In this document: positions 17,568-26,757 of the stretch, one piece after another
Layout of the letters: the number at the start of each line of letters is the position of its first letter
Numbering within the stretch: the first letter of the stretch is position 1
Virus record (IMG/VR): IMGVR_UViG_3300003583_000001
Location: 9,943-73,942 of that record
From: a virus
Strand: one strand, 5' to 3'
DNA length: 64,000 nt
Program-made: the position numbers and the translations under genes
The notes under the pieces: generated by a model
What the model was told of the DNA's origin: nothing
What the model saw: only the letters and a program-made list of their open reading frames with translations
Database searches by the model: none

Positions 17568-18496
17568 TACACGACCTTCCCTAGTACCTTTGAACCCGGA
17601 ATATCCAGTTCTTCTTCTGCTATTACAAGCATACCCCACCCACAATTGAAAATGGATTGAAACTCAACAATACTCATCTTCGAACGCTCAAACAGTTTTT
17701 TCCACCATGCATTTTCTGTCAGAGTATTTGTTATCGCAAAGTCTAATTTATATGATAGCCCATTTAGCACTCTGGGTAGATTACCATGAATACCACCACC
17801 CGTAATGTGAGCGCAAGCGTTGATTCGATTTAGATTATTCATAATCTCATCAACATAGATTCGTGTTGGCATTAGAGGTATTTCGTCATATGTGAGTATA
17901 GAGCGCATCAAACTATATCCGTTAGAATGAGGACCAGAACTTGGAATACCTATGATGAGATTACCGGGCTTAACATTTACTGGTAGCTTCTTCTTCACGA
18001 TACCCATAGCAAATCCAGCAAGGTCAAACTCGCCCGTTGGATAGCAGTCCGGCATTTCTGCTGTTTCGCCACCAACAAGTTCACATCCTGCAAGAGCGCA
18101 ACCGTCTTTGATGCCTTTAATTATCTTCATAGATACGTCTAAGTCTAGTTTACCTGTTGCATAATAGTCTAAGAATGAAACAGGCTTTGCACCAACACAC
18201 AATAGGTCGTTGACGCACATCGCTACTAAGTCAATACCAATCGTATCATATTTCTTGAAGTGCTTGGCTACAAGCAGCTTAGTCCCAACACCATCTGTGG
18301 CAAGAGCAACAGTCTGAGGTTTAGGTAGACCACTGCGACGACCATGACTTGTTTGCGCTTTCCGCAAAGAAGTCGTTTCGTCTAACTCAAAAGGTATATC
18401 TACCAGTGCAGCATATTGTTTGTCAGCACCGATAGCTTGTGTGAACTTGTTAGCCAGTTCAACATCAACCCCTGCTTGTTTATATGTCGTTTTCAT
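17567..18496 (-). CDS. purM: phosphoribosylaminoimidazole (AIR) synthetase
   Basis: TYKQAGVD, TDGVGTKL, GIDLVAMCVND, GGETAEMP, SSGPHSNGYSL, HITGGG. Confidence 0.96.
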   Translation of the reverse strand: MKTTYKQAGVDVELANKFTQAIGADKQYAALVDIPFELDETTSLRKAQTSHGRRSGLPKPQTVALATDGVGTKLLVAKHFKKYDTIGIDLVAMCVNDLLCVGAKPVSFLDYYATGKLDLDVSMKIIKGIKDGCALAGCELVGGETAEMPDCYPTGEFDLAGFAMGIVKKKLPVNVKPGNLIIGIPSSGPHSNGYSLMRSILTYDEIPLMPTRIYVDEIMNNLNRINACAHITGGGIHGNLPRVLNGLSYKLDFAITNTLTENAWWKKLFERSKMSIVEFQSIFNCGWGMLVIAEEELDIPGSKVLGKVV

Positions 18497-18560
18497 AAGA
18501 TTTTTCTTTTCTTTAGAGTATAGTAGAGAGAGGCTACCTTATATGGAATAGGTGGTCCCA

Positions 18561-18803
18561 TTATGATCCCATTCCCCCTATCACACGATCAGTCTTTTCA
18601 TAGACCACAGAAAAATCACATCCATAAGCCGGGCAGATTTCAATTTTATCAGGTAGCCCATTGTTATCCTTGTTTCCAAGTTCATTAGAGATAAAGTAAT
18701 GACCAGAATTTTCTGGAAACACTTTACGCAAGAGGTTTTCTAATTTTTCAATATACTCCTTGGCGTCTTTTAAAGTATCAAGTCGGTTAGATATTTCGTT
18801 CAT
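18561..18803 (-). CDS. hypothetical protein
   Basis: ORF track. Confidence 0.6.
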   Translation of the reverse strand: MNEISNRLDTLKDAKEYIEKLENLLRKVFPENSGHYFISNELGNKDNNGLPDKIEICPAYGCDFSVVYEKTDRVIGGMGS

Positions 18804-18806
18804 TTT

Positions 18807-19433
18807 TCAATCCCACAAATGTTCATAATATTTACCAAACAGCCTAAACCCGTTGGTCATTCGTAGTTGATGTGCTTTGCAACCTTCGTCGTCAATCCAT
18901 TCAAAACGACCACTAAAAGGTCCACCGTCTTCGCCTTCGATGTATGGACCACGGTAATCTTCTTGCCAATGATCTCTACATTTTTGTTCGAATGCCCAAA
19001 TCATTTCATCTAGCACCCAGTCCCAACGCTCAAAATGTTTAGAATCAGCATTGCCACCTTTACAGTATTCATCAATATTCTCTTTAGTAGCTTGTAGTTC
19101 TTTTGGAACATCTGCATTAGTTACAAGGGGAGCGCCATGTTTTGTAGCTTTTAACTGTACAAGCATAGGCAGGATAATAGGAGCAAGGGTGTGATCCATA
19201 CTCCAAGTGTCCCAAGGATCAATACGCACTTCGAACCTTTGTCTTTCGAGTTTGTCTAAAATCTTGTTGATGGTTTTGTTGTATACCCACTGAAGACCAT
19301 CTTGAAGCGTCTCAAGTGTTTTTTCGAGTCGAGTGTTACTTTCAGTCCATTCTCGATTGTATTTTTTATCCATGTAGCGATTATGAACATAACTGACCCA
19401 GCAATCATTATAGGATTTAATCGACACTTTCAT
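18807..19433 (-). CDS. hypothetical protein
   Basis: IDPWDTWSMDHTLA.II.PML.QLK...HGAP...WDWVLDEMIWAF...G.RLFGKYY..LWD, recalled as a widespread phage family. Confidence 0.75.
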   Translation of the reverse strand: MKVSIKSYNDCWVSYVHNRYMDKKYNREWTESNTRLEKTLETLQDGLQWVYNKTINKILDKLERQRFEVRIDPWDTWSMDHTLAPIILPMLVQLKATKHGAPLVTNADVPKELQATKENIDEYCKGGNADSKHFERWDWVLDEMIWAFEQKCRDHWQEDYRGPYIEGEDGGPFSGRFEWIDDEGCKAHQLRMTNGFRLFGKYYEHLWD

Positions 19434-19842
19434 TTTTCATCTCACCATCAAGAACAACATACATATAAACAGGACATCCACTCGATTTAATATAAGCACG
19501 ACCACCATCAATCATATTGCCGTTCCCAAACATCTTGTAGTCATGTCGATGGGCACTATACTGTAGATTACCATCATCATCTTCGACACACCCAACCTCC
19601 TGTTTTTCAATCCTATCAGCATTAGTAATCATTAGATTGCCGCTCATTGGATGATAATAAATGCCAAAATACTTGTTACCAAAGTCAGGATGTGGCGTAT
19701 CACGATAGAAGATATCCATCGCTTGTGCTTCGTGTCCTAGTGCAGACGTACACACATACTTGACAGGAACTCCATCTTTCTCTGTATAGTGTTTGCAAAT
19801 CTTATCAGTATCAAATTGTGGTTCGTGTTTAATCATTTTCAA
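19417..19842 (-). CDS. hypothetical protein
   Basis: YSAHRHDY....MIDGGRAY motif. Confidence 0.7.
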   Translation of the reverse strand: MKMIKHEPQFDTDKICKHYTEKDGVPVKYVCTSALGHEAQAMDIFYRDTPHPDFGNKYFGIYYHPMSGNLMITNADRIEKQEVGCVEDDDGNLQYSAHRHDYKMFGNGNMIDGGRAYIKSSGCPVYMYVVLDGEMKNESVD

Positions 19843-20156
19843 TCACTCGTTTTGGCTAGAGCCTTGCGAATCCATTTGACCTTGTAATCCTTACTCCATT
19901 CTCTAAGATAATCATTGTCTTTATCGAACAGTTCCAGCATTTCATCTTCGTTCATGGTAGTAGTGTCTGTAATGTATTCTCCCATATGTTTTTGAGAGAA
20001 CTCTTCACAGTTGTCCTGCGTTACAGTGTCTTCAGCCCATTCAATTGCAGTGCCGTGCAGCTTAGGCAAATCATCCTTATGCATTACATAACGCATACGA
20101 TACGATGAAATACAAGTTACAACAACATAATCTTTTTCTTCTACATTATCAGTCAT
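19839..20156 (-). CDS. hypothetical protein
   Basis: ORF track; EEFSQKHMGE. Confidence 0.7.
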   Translation of the reverse strand: MTDNVEEKDYVVVTCISSYRMRYVMHKDDLPKLHGTAIEWAEDTVTQDNCEEFSQKHMGEYITDTTTMNEDEMLELFDKDNDYLREWSKDYKVKWIRKALAKTSD

Positions 20157-20158
20157 TA

Positions 20159-20524
20159 TTATCTCCTCATCTTTGCTAGTGCTTCAGCATCTTCAGTAGA
20201 AAACACTGGAACCATATTACTCTTGTGCATCGTTGCAATACCAAGTAGCTTACGCTTACCACTATATTGCATAGGTTCTTTTTTCGGTGCCACACCAGTT
20301 GGAATTTGATTAGAAAGCGTGGTGGGCCCGGCAGGATTCGAACCTGCGACAACGCCGTTATGAGCGGCGGGTTCTGACCGCTGAACTACAGGCCCGTTAT
20401 ATCCCATCTTCTTGAGAAACTTTGCATGAGCAGCATCTGTTTGTTGCTGCTTCTTTGACTTCTTCTGTTTTCGCTTCTTCGTACTCGTTGTACTGAAGTA
20501 AGCTGGAAGCATATGCATCGACAT
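20159..20524 (-). CDS. basic hypothetical protein with an in-frame embedded tRNA
   Basis: SD GAGGAG; promoter upstream; C-terminal YSG..LLGIATMHKSNMVPVF...A.MRR motif recalled from T4-like phage hypothetical proteins. Confidence 0.75.
   Translation of the reverse strand: MSMHMLPAYFSTTSTKKRKQKKSKKQQQTDAAHAKFLKKMGYNGPVVQRSEPAAHNGVVAGSNPAGPTTLSNQIPTGVAPKKEPMQYSGKRKLLGIATMHKSNMVPVFSTEDAEALAKMRR
20320..20395 (-). tRNA. tRNA with CAU anticodon, most likely tRNA-Ile2 (lysidine type)
   Basis: GGGCCTGTAGTTCAGCGGTCAGAACCCGCCGCTCATAACGGCGTTGTCGCAGGTTCGAATCCTGCCGGGCCCACCA; G1-C72 pair (not initiator); resembles bacterial Ile2 tRNAs. Confidence 0.88.
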
Positions 20525-20586
20525 CTCTGTTTCTCCTCATTAGTATTATTATATACTATACGAGAAGGGATATAAAGTCAACCTTT

Positions 20587-20940
20587 TTATGAGGGAATTT
20601 TTGGACCTTTATCTGCTGGTTCCGGGAGATTCTTTTTCATATCAAACTCCCACTCTAGTGCTTCATTAATTTCAACAATGAAGCAAGCATATCCTTCAGG
20701 GTCAACACCAAGAACGACCAAATCTTCCTTATGAGAGTATACACCTACGAATATATCACCCTTAGCGGTTTTCGTTAACCCACTTGCAACCAAGACATAA
20801 CCTTCGTCATCAATATACTGTTTAATATCTTTTGTATCGTCACACACCAGATTAACTGGCATGGTAAATATAGCCGATTTTGCGGGGGTTGAAATCATAA
20901 TAACAGCAGCGATAGTAATTGCAGATAGTAATTTAAACAT
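20587..20940 (-). CDS. exported hypothetical protein
   Basis: Signal peptide MFKLLSAITIAAVIMISTPAKS; SD AGGAG. Confidence 0.7.
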   Translation of the reverse strand: MFKLLSAITIAAVIMISTPAKSAIFTMPVNLVCDDTKDIKQYIDDEGYVLVASGLTKTAKGDIFVGVYSHKEDLVVLGVDPEGYACFIVEINEALEWEFDMKKNLPEPADKGPKIPS

Positions 20941-21607
20941 TATACTTCTCCTTGTATGAAACTCTGGCATCCACAAACCCTTCAATGAAGTTGTCTCTAT
21001 TTTCAACAAACACTTGTGGTTCAGAGCCATCGACCGCAATAATCACTACGGTGCGACTGACTGGGATTTCAGTTCGTTCCTCATACATCACAGCATAGCA
21101 GGACGCTTGCATAAAGTAGTTAGAAATCCATTCTTTCTTTTTGGGTTTACGAGATGTTTTGAAATCAATAATGGAGAGTTTCCCGTCGAACTCTGCGATA
21201 CAATCTACCCTACCTGCTGTTTTCAGAAAGTCAGAATACAGCGGTGCTTCTAGATATTGAATGTTATCAATATATGTGTCTAGGATAGGTTGGATTTGTT
21301 TGAACGTAAAGACGTTCGCTGGCATCTGACCATCAAGATAGTCAGGCTTATTGTTGAGGTAGTCTTCACAGATTTGGTGAACCTTCGTACCTCTAGAACC
21401 AGCTTGTGTAGAAATGCGATTAGCTTCTTCTGCGCCAACACGTTTTCTCCAAGCAGCAATGCCTGCTTTGCTTAGTTCTGATAGTATAGTCGTAACTGAC
21501 GGGTAGCGATTTCCGTCAGGCGTGTTGTACACCCTACCGCTACCCGTCGTTTCAGCAATTAGCTCCGTTAGAGTTGGAGCATTCACATGATTAAAGTGTT
21601 TCATCAA
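20933..21607 (-). CDS. PD-(D/E)XK exonuclease (phage exonuclease family)
   Basis: YPSVTTIL...WRKRVG...RGTKVH...AGRVDCIAEFDGKLSIIDFKTS...Q...YA. Confidence 0.9.
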   Translation of the reverse strand: MMKHFNHVNAPTLTELIAETTGSGRVYNTPDGNRYPSVTTILSELSKAGIAAWRKRVGAEEANRISTQAGSRGTKVHQICEDYLNNKPDYLDGQMPANVFTFKQIQPILDTYIDNIQYLEAPLYSDFLKTAGRVDCIAEFDGKLSIIDFKTSRKPKKKEWISNYFMQASCYAVMYEERTEIPVSRTVVIIAVDGSEPQVFVENRDNFIEGFVDARVSYKEKYNV

Positions 21608-22359
21608 TCTAGTCCCAGTTTGGACCTCGCTATAATATAGGACTTTACGAGGTCTGAGCGAACAATGTCTTCAGCAGTAAATTCGATAAAATCAAATTCT
21701 TCCATACTATCTATAATGCGTAAAAACTCTCTTAGTCCGCTCAGTTCTTTTTTTCGCTCGCTTGTCAAGTCATCTTGACGAACGTCTCCACAAAATATAA
21801 TCTTACAGTTTTCACCAACTCTTGTCATCACAGAATGCAACTCCATCGCATTCATATTTTGAACTTCGTCTACAATAATAACACAATCATCTAACGTAAT
21901 ACCACGAACAAACGAGGTTGACATAAACTCTACGATGTTCTTTGTCTTTAGTATCTCGTAAGCGTCACCACGGTTGAATAGCTTTCTAGCAATGTCCTGA
22001 TAAGGTGCTTCATACACCTTCATCTTCTCTTTCTGATTGCCGGGTAAGAAACCCATATCTCTCGTTGGTACTACTGATCTAATGACAAAAACTTTATTAA
22101 AAGATTTGTCTTCAAGCACAGACTTCAGTGCTAGATACAGACCAATGAATGTCTTTCCTGTACCAGCAATACCATGAAGCATTAGATGATAATCGTTGTG
22201 CCAAGAATGAAAAGCGTCTTCTTGTGCTATTGTTATTGGTTTGATTGAGTTGAGTTTAAACTTCTCTCCTACGTTCAGGTTTCCAGATTTGTCCAAGACT
22301 TTATCTTGGCGCAGTTTTCTTTTTTGTCTTTTTGTTAAGCGTTCTGGACTTGTGAGCAT
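21604..22359 (-). CDS. phoH: PhoH-like ATPase
   Basis: GIAGTGKT, MGFLPG, RGITL, IIVDEVQN, TRVG, GD..Q.DL, DIVRS. Confidence 0.95.
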   Translation of the reverse strand: MLTSPERLTKRQKRKLRQDKVLDKSGNLNVGEKFKLNSIKPITIAQEDAFHSWHNDYHLMLHGIAGTGKTFIGLYLALKSVLEDKSFNKVFVIRSVVPTRDMGFLPGNQKEKMKVYEAPYQDIARKLFNRGDAYEILKTKNIVEFMSTSFVRGITLDDCVIIVDEVQNMNAMELHSVMTRVGENCKIIFCGDVRQDDLTSERKKELSGLREFLRIIDSMEEFDFIEFTAEDIVRSDLVKSYIIARSKLGLD

Positions 22360-22367
22360 GGATTGTC

Positions 22368-22598
22368 CTATTTTGTTTGAATGTTTGATCCCCTATTGGC
22401 TTTTTTCACTCGCTGTAAAACGTCATTGAACCCGTTATCAATCCTACCAGCAACACTACCAGTACCTGATACGATAGCAGGTGCAGAGACTAACATTTTA
22501 TAGCTACCATCCTTAATAACTTCTTGTGCTTCCTCCCATGTACAAAAGGTTGTCATAGTGTCACCAGTTTCAATATGCTCAAATGAATATGTAGGCAT
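22368..22598 (-). CDS. FmdB-like small protein
   Basis: MPTYSF.....G...; precedes phoH as in other T4-like phages. Confidence 0.6.
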   Translation of the reverse strand: MPTYSFEHIETGDTMTTFCTWEEAQEVIKDGSYKMLVSAPAIVSGTGSVAGRIDNGFNDVLQRVKKANRGSNIQTK

Positions 22599-23206
22599 TA
22601 TTGTTCTCCAGTGACGATGTTATATATTTGTTTCCAATTTCTTGCAGTACGCATATTTGAAGTAATGTAGTTTTGATTGTGAGTGTGTCTCATAAGGATT
22701 GGATTGAGGTTAAACTTCAATCCACATTCTGCGTTCTCTACTTTATCTTCAATCCACCAGCATTCAGAATCCTGAAACTTCATCAACTCAGCGTCTTTAT
22801 CAGCACCTGTTTCAATACAAGTGATGAAGTCAAAGACATTTTCTCCAAATACTCTCACCAAGTTTTCTTCACGAAGGGCTGTAGCGTATGGATTAGTAGA
22901 GAGTGATGTAATCACGCCGAAGATATATCCATGCTCTTCGTTCAGCTTTTTTACATACTTCACTGCATCTCTAAGTGCGGGCAGAAACCCAATCCATGCG
23001 CTCTCATTAAACTCTGTTACAAGTCTACGACCATCATCCTTATCAACAACTTCATCGAATATCTTATCGATACCATAGGCGTGTTGATAGCCATCAGATA
23101 GCGTATATCCTTTTTCATCCATAAACTGGAAGAATCGATACGACCAGTCAAGTAGTACACCATCACAATCAGTTAGTATCAATTTAGAGTTCTTCATAAA
23201 CCTCAT
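22598..23206 (-). CDS. HAD-family phosphatase (T4 30.2-like)
   Basis: ILTDCDGVLLDW; ITS; WIEDK..N. Confidence 0.85.
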   Translation of the reverse strand: MRFMKNSKLILTDCDGVLLDWSYRFFQFMDEKGYTLSDGYQHAYGIDKIFDEVVDKDDGRRLVTEFNESAWIGFLPALRDAVKYVKKLNEEHGYIFGVITSLSTNPYATALREENLVRVFGENVFDFITCIETGADKDAELMKFQDSECWWIEDKVENAECGLKFNLNPILMRHTHNQNYITSNMRTARNWKQIYNIVTGEQ

Positions 23207-23354
23207 TCTCTCGAATCTTGTTTTTCTGACGACGCCGTTCTTGATAGGCGTGTTCTTTTGCTTTTTGAGCGCCTCTGCTTTTCTTTACTCTACGCTCAAA
23301 TCGATTTGGGTCGTCGTCCCAAACGTTTTTCTCTCGACGATACGTTTTACCCAT
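23184..23354 (-). CDS. small basic hypothetical protein
   Basis: MGKTYRREK... Confidence 0.6.
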   Translation of the reverse strand: MGKTYRREKNVWDDDPNRFERRVKKSRGAQKAKEHAYQERRRQKNKIRENEVYEEL

Positions 23355-23781
23355 TTTTAGCCTTAACATCCTCTGCAATTAAATTTGGAAATGCTTCGTT
23401 GATTGTCTTTACAGTCAATCCCTTAACATGCTTACCATCTTTCATATCAAGAAGAAGGAGCGCATCCTCCTTGTTGACAGTCTCAAGCAGTTGAATGAAC
23501 AACTGCTCTCTCTTCATCGGCTTGACGTTTGTGCCAGTGCCTTCATAGAAATATGGAATACGCTTTGAATTTCTATATAGCATACCATGGTCGTCTACTG
23601 CTTCTGATGGTGTGTATGGAGGAGCGCCTTCGGGTAAAAGGCATTTGAGAGAAGGACAATACATTGCTTTGAGGATTGTCTTCAATGGCTTTGCTTCATT
23701 CTGCTTGAGCCATTTTACTTTCTCAGCTTTGGATTTCATCTTAGATGCTTTGCCTAAGATTTCCGAAATAGATAGTTGCAT
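23347..23781 (-). CDS. conserved T4-like phage hypothetical protein
   Basis: LLPEGAPPY...KREQLFIQLLE...A.LL...KD...GLT...AFP; downstream of rnh. Confidence 0.75.
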   Translation of the reverse strand: MQLSISEILGKASKMKSKAEKVKWLKQNEAKPLKTILKAMYCPSLKCLLPEGAPPYTPSEAVDDHGMLYRNSKRIPYFYEGTGTNVKPMKREQLFIQLLETVNKEDALLLLDMKDGKHVKGLTVKTINEAFPNLIAEDVKAKNG

Positions 23782-24648
23782 TTAAAATTCACCTATGTTT
23801 TCAATAAGATTTTTCAATCGTTTTTCAATGAAGTAGTTAAAGAGTTTAGAGCGATCACCGCTCTCTTCATTGTATTTAGTCATCACTTCTTCTTGAATAT
23901 AATCAGGCACCATAGACAAGTCAATCATTGCCTTATTGCGTTGATAACCACGAAGAATTGTTTCGTCCGTCATACAATCATTTTTAAGTTCAGCAGTATA
24001 CTGTGCGATACGCTTTTGTGTCATAGGTCTCTGTCGAGTTCCCATAACAAGACAATCGTCTTCTGATAGCATGTTAGGCACACCATCGCCAGTATCACCC
24101 TTCATAATGTGTTCCATTATGTATTGATTAGGATTAGCATGACGAAGCCACCGCTTACGAATAGGATCGTATTGTGTTACATTAGCATACTTGTGCAGTT
24201 GAATAAAGTCTTTATCAGCAGAAAGAATCAAAATCTTTTCTGTTGAGCCAGCGTTCAATTCAACGCCAAACTTATGACACAGCGTACCGATTGCATCATC
24301 TGCTTCAGCACGGTCAACCTGAACTGTTTTGTATGGAAAAACTTCTTTGATTTCATCTCGCACAAGATTTAGGATACGAAAAAGTTCGTTCCAGTTGAGT
24401 TCAGAGGTCTCACGAGACTTCTTGCGATTTGCTTTGTAATATGGGAATATATCTCGACGCCAGTAGTTCTTATCATCGAAACAGAGAACAAGTTCTCCAT
24501 AATCTTTGACGAACTTCTGACGATACGAGCGAATTGAATTGAGAACCATATGTCGAATGAGACTTTCCTCAAACTCGACATTATGATGGTTGCCAATTTG
24601 AACCATGACGTTACTAATCATCACTTGGTTCATATCTACGAGAATCAC
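23782..24648 (-). CDS. rnh: RNase H / 5'-3' exonuclease (T4 rnh)
   Basis: MILVDMNQ, YWRRDIFPYYKANRK, EADD, SADKDFIQL, GDTGDGVPN. Confidence 0.95.
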   Translation of the reverse strand: MILVDMNQVMISNVMVQIGNHHNVEFEESLIRHMVLNSIRSYRQKFVKDYGELVLCFDDKNYWRRDIFPYYKANRKKSRETSELNWNELFRILNLVRDEIKEVFPYKTVQVDRAEADDAIGTLCHKFGVELNAGSTEKILILSADKDFIQLHKYANVTQYDPIRKRWLRHANPNQYIMEHIMKGDTGDGVPNMLSEDDCLVMGTRQRPMTQKRIAQYTAELKNDCMTDETILRGYQRNKAMIDLSMVPDYIQEEVMTKYNEESGDRSKLFNYFIEKRLKNLIENIGEF

Positions 24649-24652
24649 TTGT

Positions 24653-25027
24653 TTATCCTTTTCTATTTTTGAGACGTAGGCGTTCGTCTTTTACAGCATT
24701 GTAGTAACCTTTGTACCAACCATCGGCTTTGACTTCCATCATGCCTAGGCCCAAATCTTTGACCTGCCATAACTTGCTACCTGTAAAGAATTCACAAGCC
24801 TCACTCATCAGATACCACTCACCAATGTGAATGTTGGTGTGAATAGGCATATTCCGATGATCTAAGTTTGCAGTGAGTTTGTCAAATGCCTTTGAAAGTT
24901 CGCTGCGAGTGAAGCCTTTGCTTGGAAAGTTGTGATAGTAGCCTTCGCTCGGAGGGTTGCGCCAGTAGCCTTCAACGTAATGACCGTCTCGGTAGTGCGA
25001 ATCCACGTACACCTTATTTTTCATCAT
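24653..25027 (-). CDS. hypothetical early protein
   Basis: VDSHYRDGHYVEGYWR N-terminus; SD AAGGAG; downstream of a repeated early promoter. Confidence 0.65.
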   Translation of the reverse strand: MMKNKVYVDSHYRDGHYVEGYWRNPPSEGYYHNFPSKGFTRSELSKAFDKLTANLDHRNMPIHTNIHIGEWYLMSEACEFFTGSKLWQVKDLGLGMMEVKADGWYKGYYNAVKDERLRLKNRKG

Positions 25028-25052
25028 CTGCTCCTTCATTGTCTATACTTAT

Positions 25053-25081
25053 AATATAAGCATTCTGACGCCAAATGTCAA
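25053..25081 (-). promoter_or_regulatory. sigma70-type early promoter, repeated family
   Basis: TTGACATTTGGCGTCAGAATGCTTATATT. Confidence 0.85.
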
Positions 25082-25091
25082 CCCTTTTCTT

Positions 25092-26030
25092 CTAAAAAGA
25101 TGATAAAAATTGCGTCCATTCCTTTTGACGGCGAGACCAATTGAAAGTGTTGTTTGTATTGTGTATTTGTAAATTCATATCTAACACACCATATGTTTTG
25201 ATATGCTCTATAGCACTCTCCAAATACCTATGCGCTCTGTTAGCGTGAATCTGCACATCCTCATCCCACTGATACATAGTAGTCATATTAGCAGCAGTCT
25301 CAGGAAGAGCAGCATAGTTTGGATGGACACAGAGACACCCAGCAGACATGGCTTCAATCAACGCAATGCACGAAGTCTCTTGCCAGATAGACGGATAGGC
25401 GAAGATGTGAGCGCTTTGTAGCGCCTTTCTAACCTCTTTATTAGACACTGACCCATGATAGCGAATCTTCGGATGTTGCTTCAGTTGGTCGAACAGAGCC
25501 TTGTACGGCTCATCTCTTTGCTCCCAGCCATAAATCTTGAACGAACTATACACATCAAGTTCAATGTTATCATGCTGTTTAGATAGAGCGTCAAAGATAG
25601 GATACAATAGACCTAACCCACGATGAGGCGTCGTATGATAGATGATACGAATCTTACCATCATTCGGCTTCTTATGCTCAACAATAGGTTCAATAGCATT
25701 CTTGAGAATATGAGAGTGACTGTATGGCACACCCAGAAAATCATGATACTGTTGAAACTGCCACTGAGAGACGAACACCAGCTTATCATACTTCTTATAG
25801 CCGCCATCTTTCAAGTGGGCGACTTCAGGGTCTCCTGCTAGATCATGACATACAAGAATCTTTTTCAAATCATCTCGTAATTCACGAGTGCGAGAGTGGA
25901 TAATCTGAAAGTTCTTTAGCAACTCTTGAGGAATGCGTTGTTGCATTCCAATTGCCATCATTTCAGTTCCACCCATCGCATTCTGTGTCAACTCATTACG
26001 AATGAGTTCGCCTGCTACGATTTCGACCAA
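25092..26030 (-). CDS. glycosyltransferase, GT-B fold (GT4-like)
   Basis: GGTE, VFVS.WQ, P.RGL, YPSIWQETSCIALIEAMSAG...ALPE. Confidence 0.88.
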   Translation of the reverse strand: MVEIVAGELIRNELTQNAMGGTEMMAIGMQQRIPQELLKNFQIIHSRTRELRDDLKKILVCHDLAGDPEVAHLKDGGYKKYDKLVFVSQWQFQQYHDFLGVPYSHSHILKNAIEPIVEHKKPNDGKIRIIYHTTPHRGLGLLYPIFDALSKQHDNIELDVYSSFKIYGWEQRDEPYKALFDQLKQHPKIRYHGSVSNKEVRKALQSAHIFAYPSIWQETSCIALIEAMSAGCLCVHPNYAALPETAANMTTMYQWDEDVQIHANRAHRYLESAIEHIKTYGVLDMNLQIHNTNNTFNWSRRQKEWTQFLSSF

Positions 26031-26302
26031 TGGAAATCACTTTGATGTAAATAGCTGTTGATCTCGAATTTAACCATCGATTCAATACGGAAAGACCGCC
26101 AAGCCTCTTTCTCTAAATCCCATACAGCAATTGCTTTGGGTTCATCTTCTGGCTTAACTAGAACCTCTTCAATGTCCTGTTGCTCTGGCAAATACTCTTT
26201 TTGAAGAGTACACCACATCGTTCGCATATCGCCGTTTACCTTCTTAAAGGTAACCCAACAACGACTAGAGTGTAGCTTCTCTAGAATATCCAAATACTCC
26301 AT
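26015..26302 (-). CDS. SH3-like (WYL_2/DUF2693-type) phage protein
   Basis: VTFKKVNGDMRTM.CTL...VWDLEKEAWRSFR. Confidence 0.75.
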   Translation of the reverse strand: MEYLDILEKLHSSRCWVTFKKVNGDMRTMWCTLQKEYLPEQQDIEEVLVKPEDEPKAIAVWDLEKEAWRSFRIESMVKFEINSYLHQSDFHWSKS

Positions 26303-26510
26303 CATATCCTCCACTTGTTCCTTCCACATGGTCTAAAAATTCTATAAATTCTTCGAAGACAACATCATTAAAAGTTATGATGTGACTTCCGTCTGGAATT
26401 CTATTATACACGATTACATATTGACGCTTGTATGCTTTCACAATTTGCACAAATTGATCACGGATCGTATCATCAACATCACATTGTAATATGTACTTAC
26501 CCTGCATCAA
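26265..26510 (-). CDS. hypothetical protein
   Basis: ORF track. Confidence 0.55.
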   Translation of the reverse strand: MMQGKYILQCDVDDTIRDQFVQIVKAYKRQYVIVYNRIPDGSHIITFNDVVFEEFIEFLDHVEGTSGGYDGVFGYSREATL

Positions 26511-26757
26511 CCGGTGCCTTGTCTTTCATTGTCCAGCCACGTTTAATCCAATCACGATAAGTAGTTGCAGCAGTAACGCCAAACGACTTCTGAATAGATC
26601 GTGGAGTAGGAGAGCCTCGCTTCCAAGACTTGAGCGCCTGCATCGTCTTATCAAGTTCACTACGTTCACGCCTAACAGCCTTTGTAATGCTCTTATTCAC
26701 ACCCACTAAACCCTTAGACGTATAATGAACTCCAGAACTCTTCTTGCCTTTTCCCAT
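26497..26757 (-). CDS. basic hypothetical protein
   Basis: MGKGKKSSG.HYTSKG... Confidence 0.65.
   Translation of the reverse strand: MGKGKKSSGVHYTSKGLVGVNKSITKAVRRERSELDKTMQALKSWKRGSPTPRSIQKSFGVTAATTYRDWIKRGWTMKDKAPVDAG

Noticed and set aside
20320-20395. Calling the CAU tRNA an initiator tRNA-fMet
   Set aside because: It has a paired G1-C72 and lacks three consecutive G-C pairs in the anticodon stem; Ile2 is favoured, though elongator Met is not fully excluded.
20933-21607. Cas4-like nuclease suggesting a CRISPR system
   Set aside because: No repeat-spacer array or other cas genes were seen, and the Cas4 Cys cluster is absent; this exonuclease is a usual neighbour of phoH in T4-like phages.
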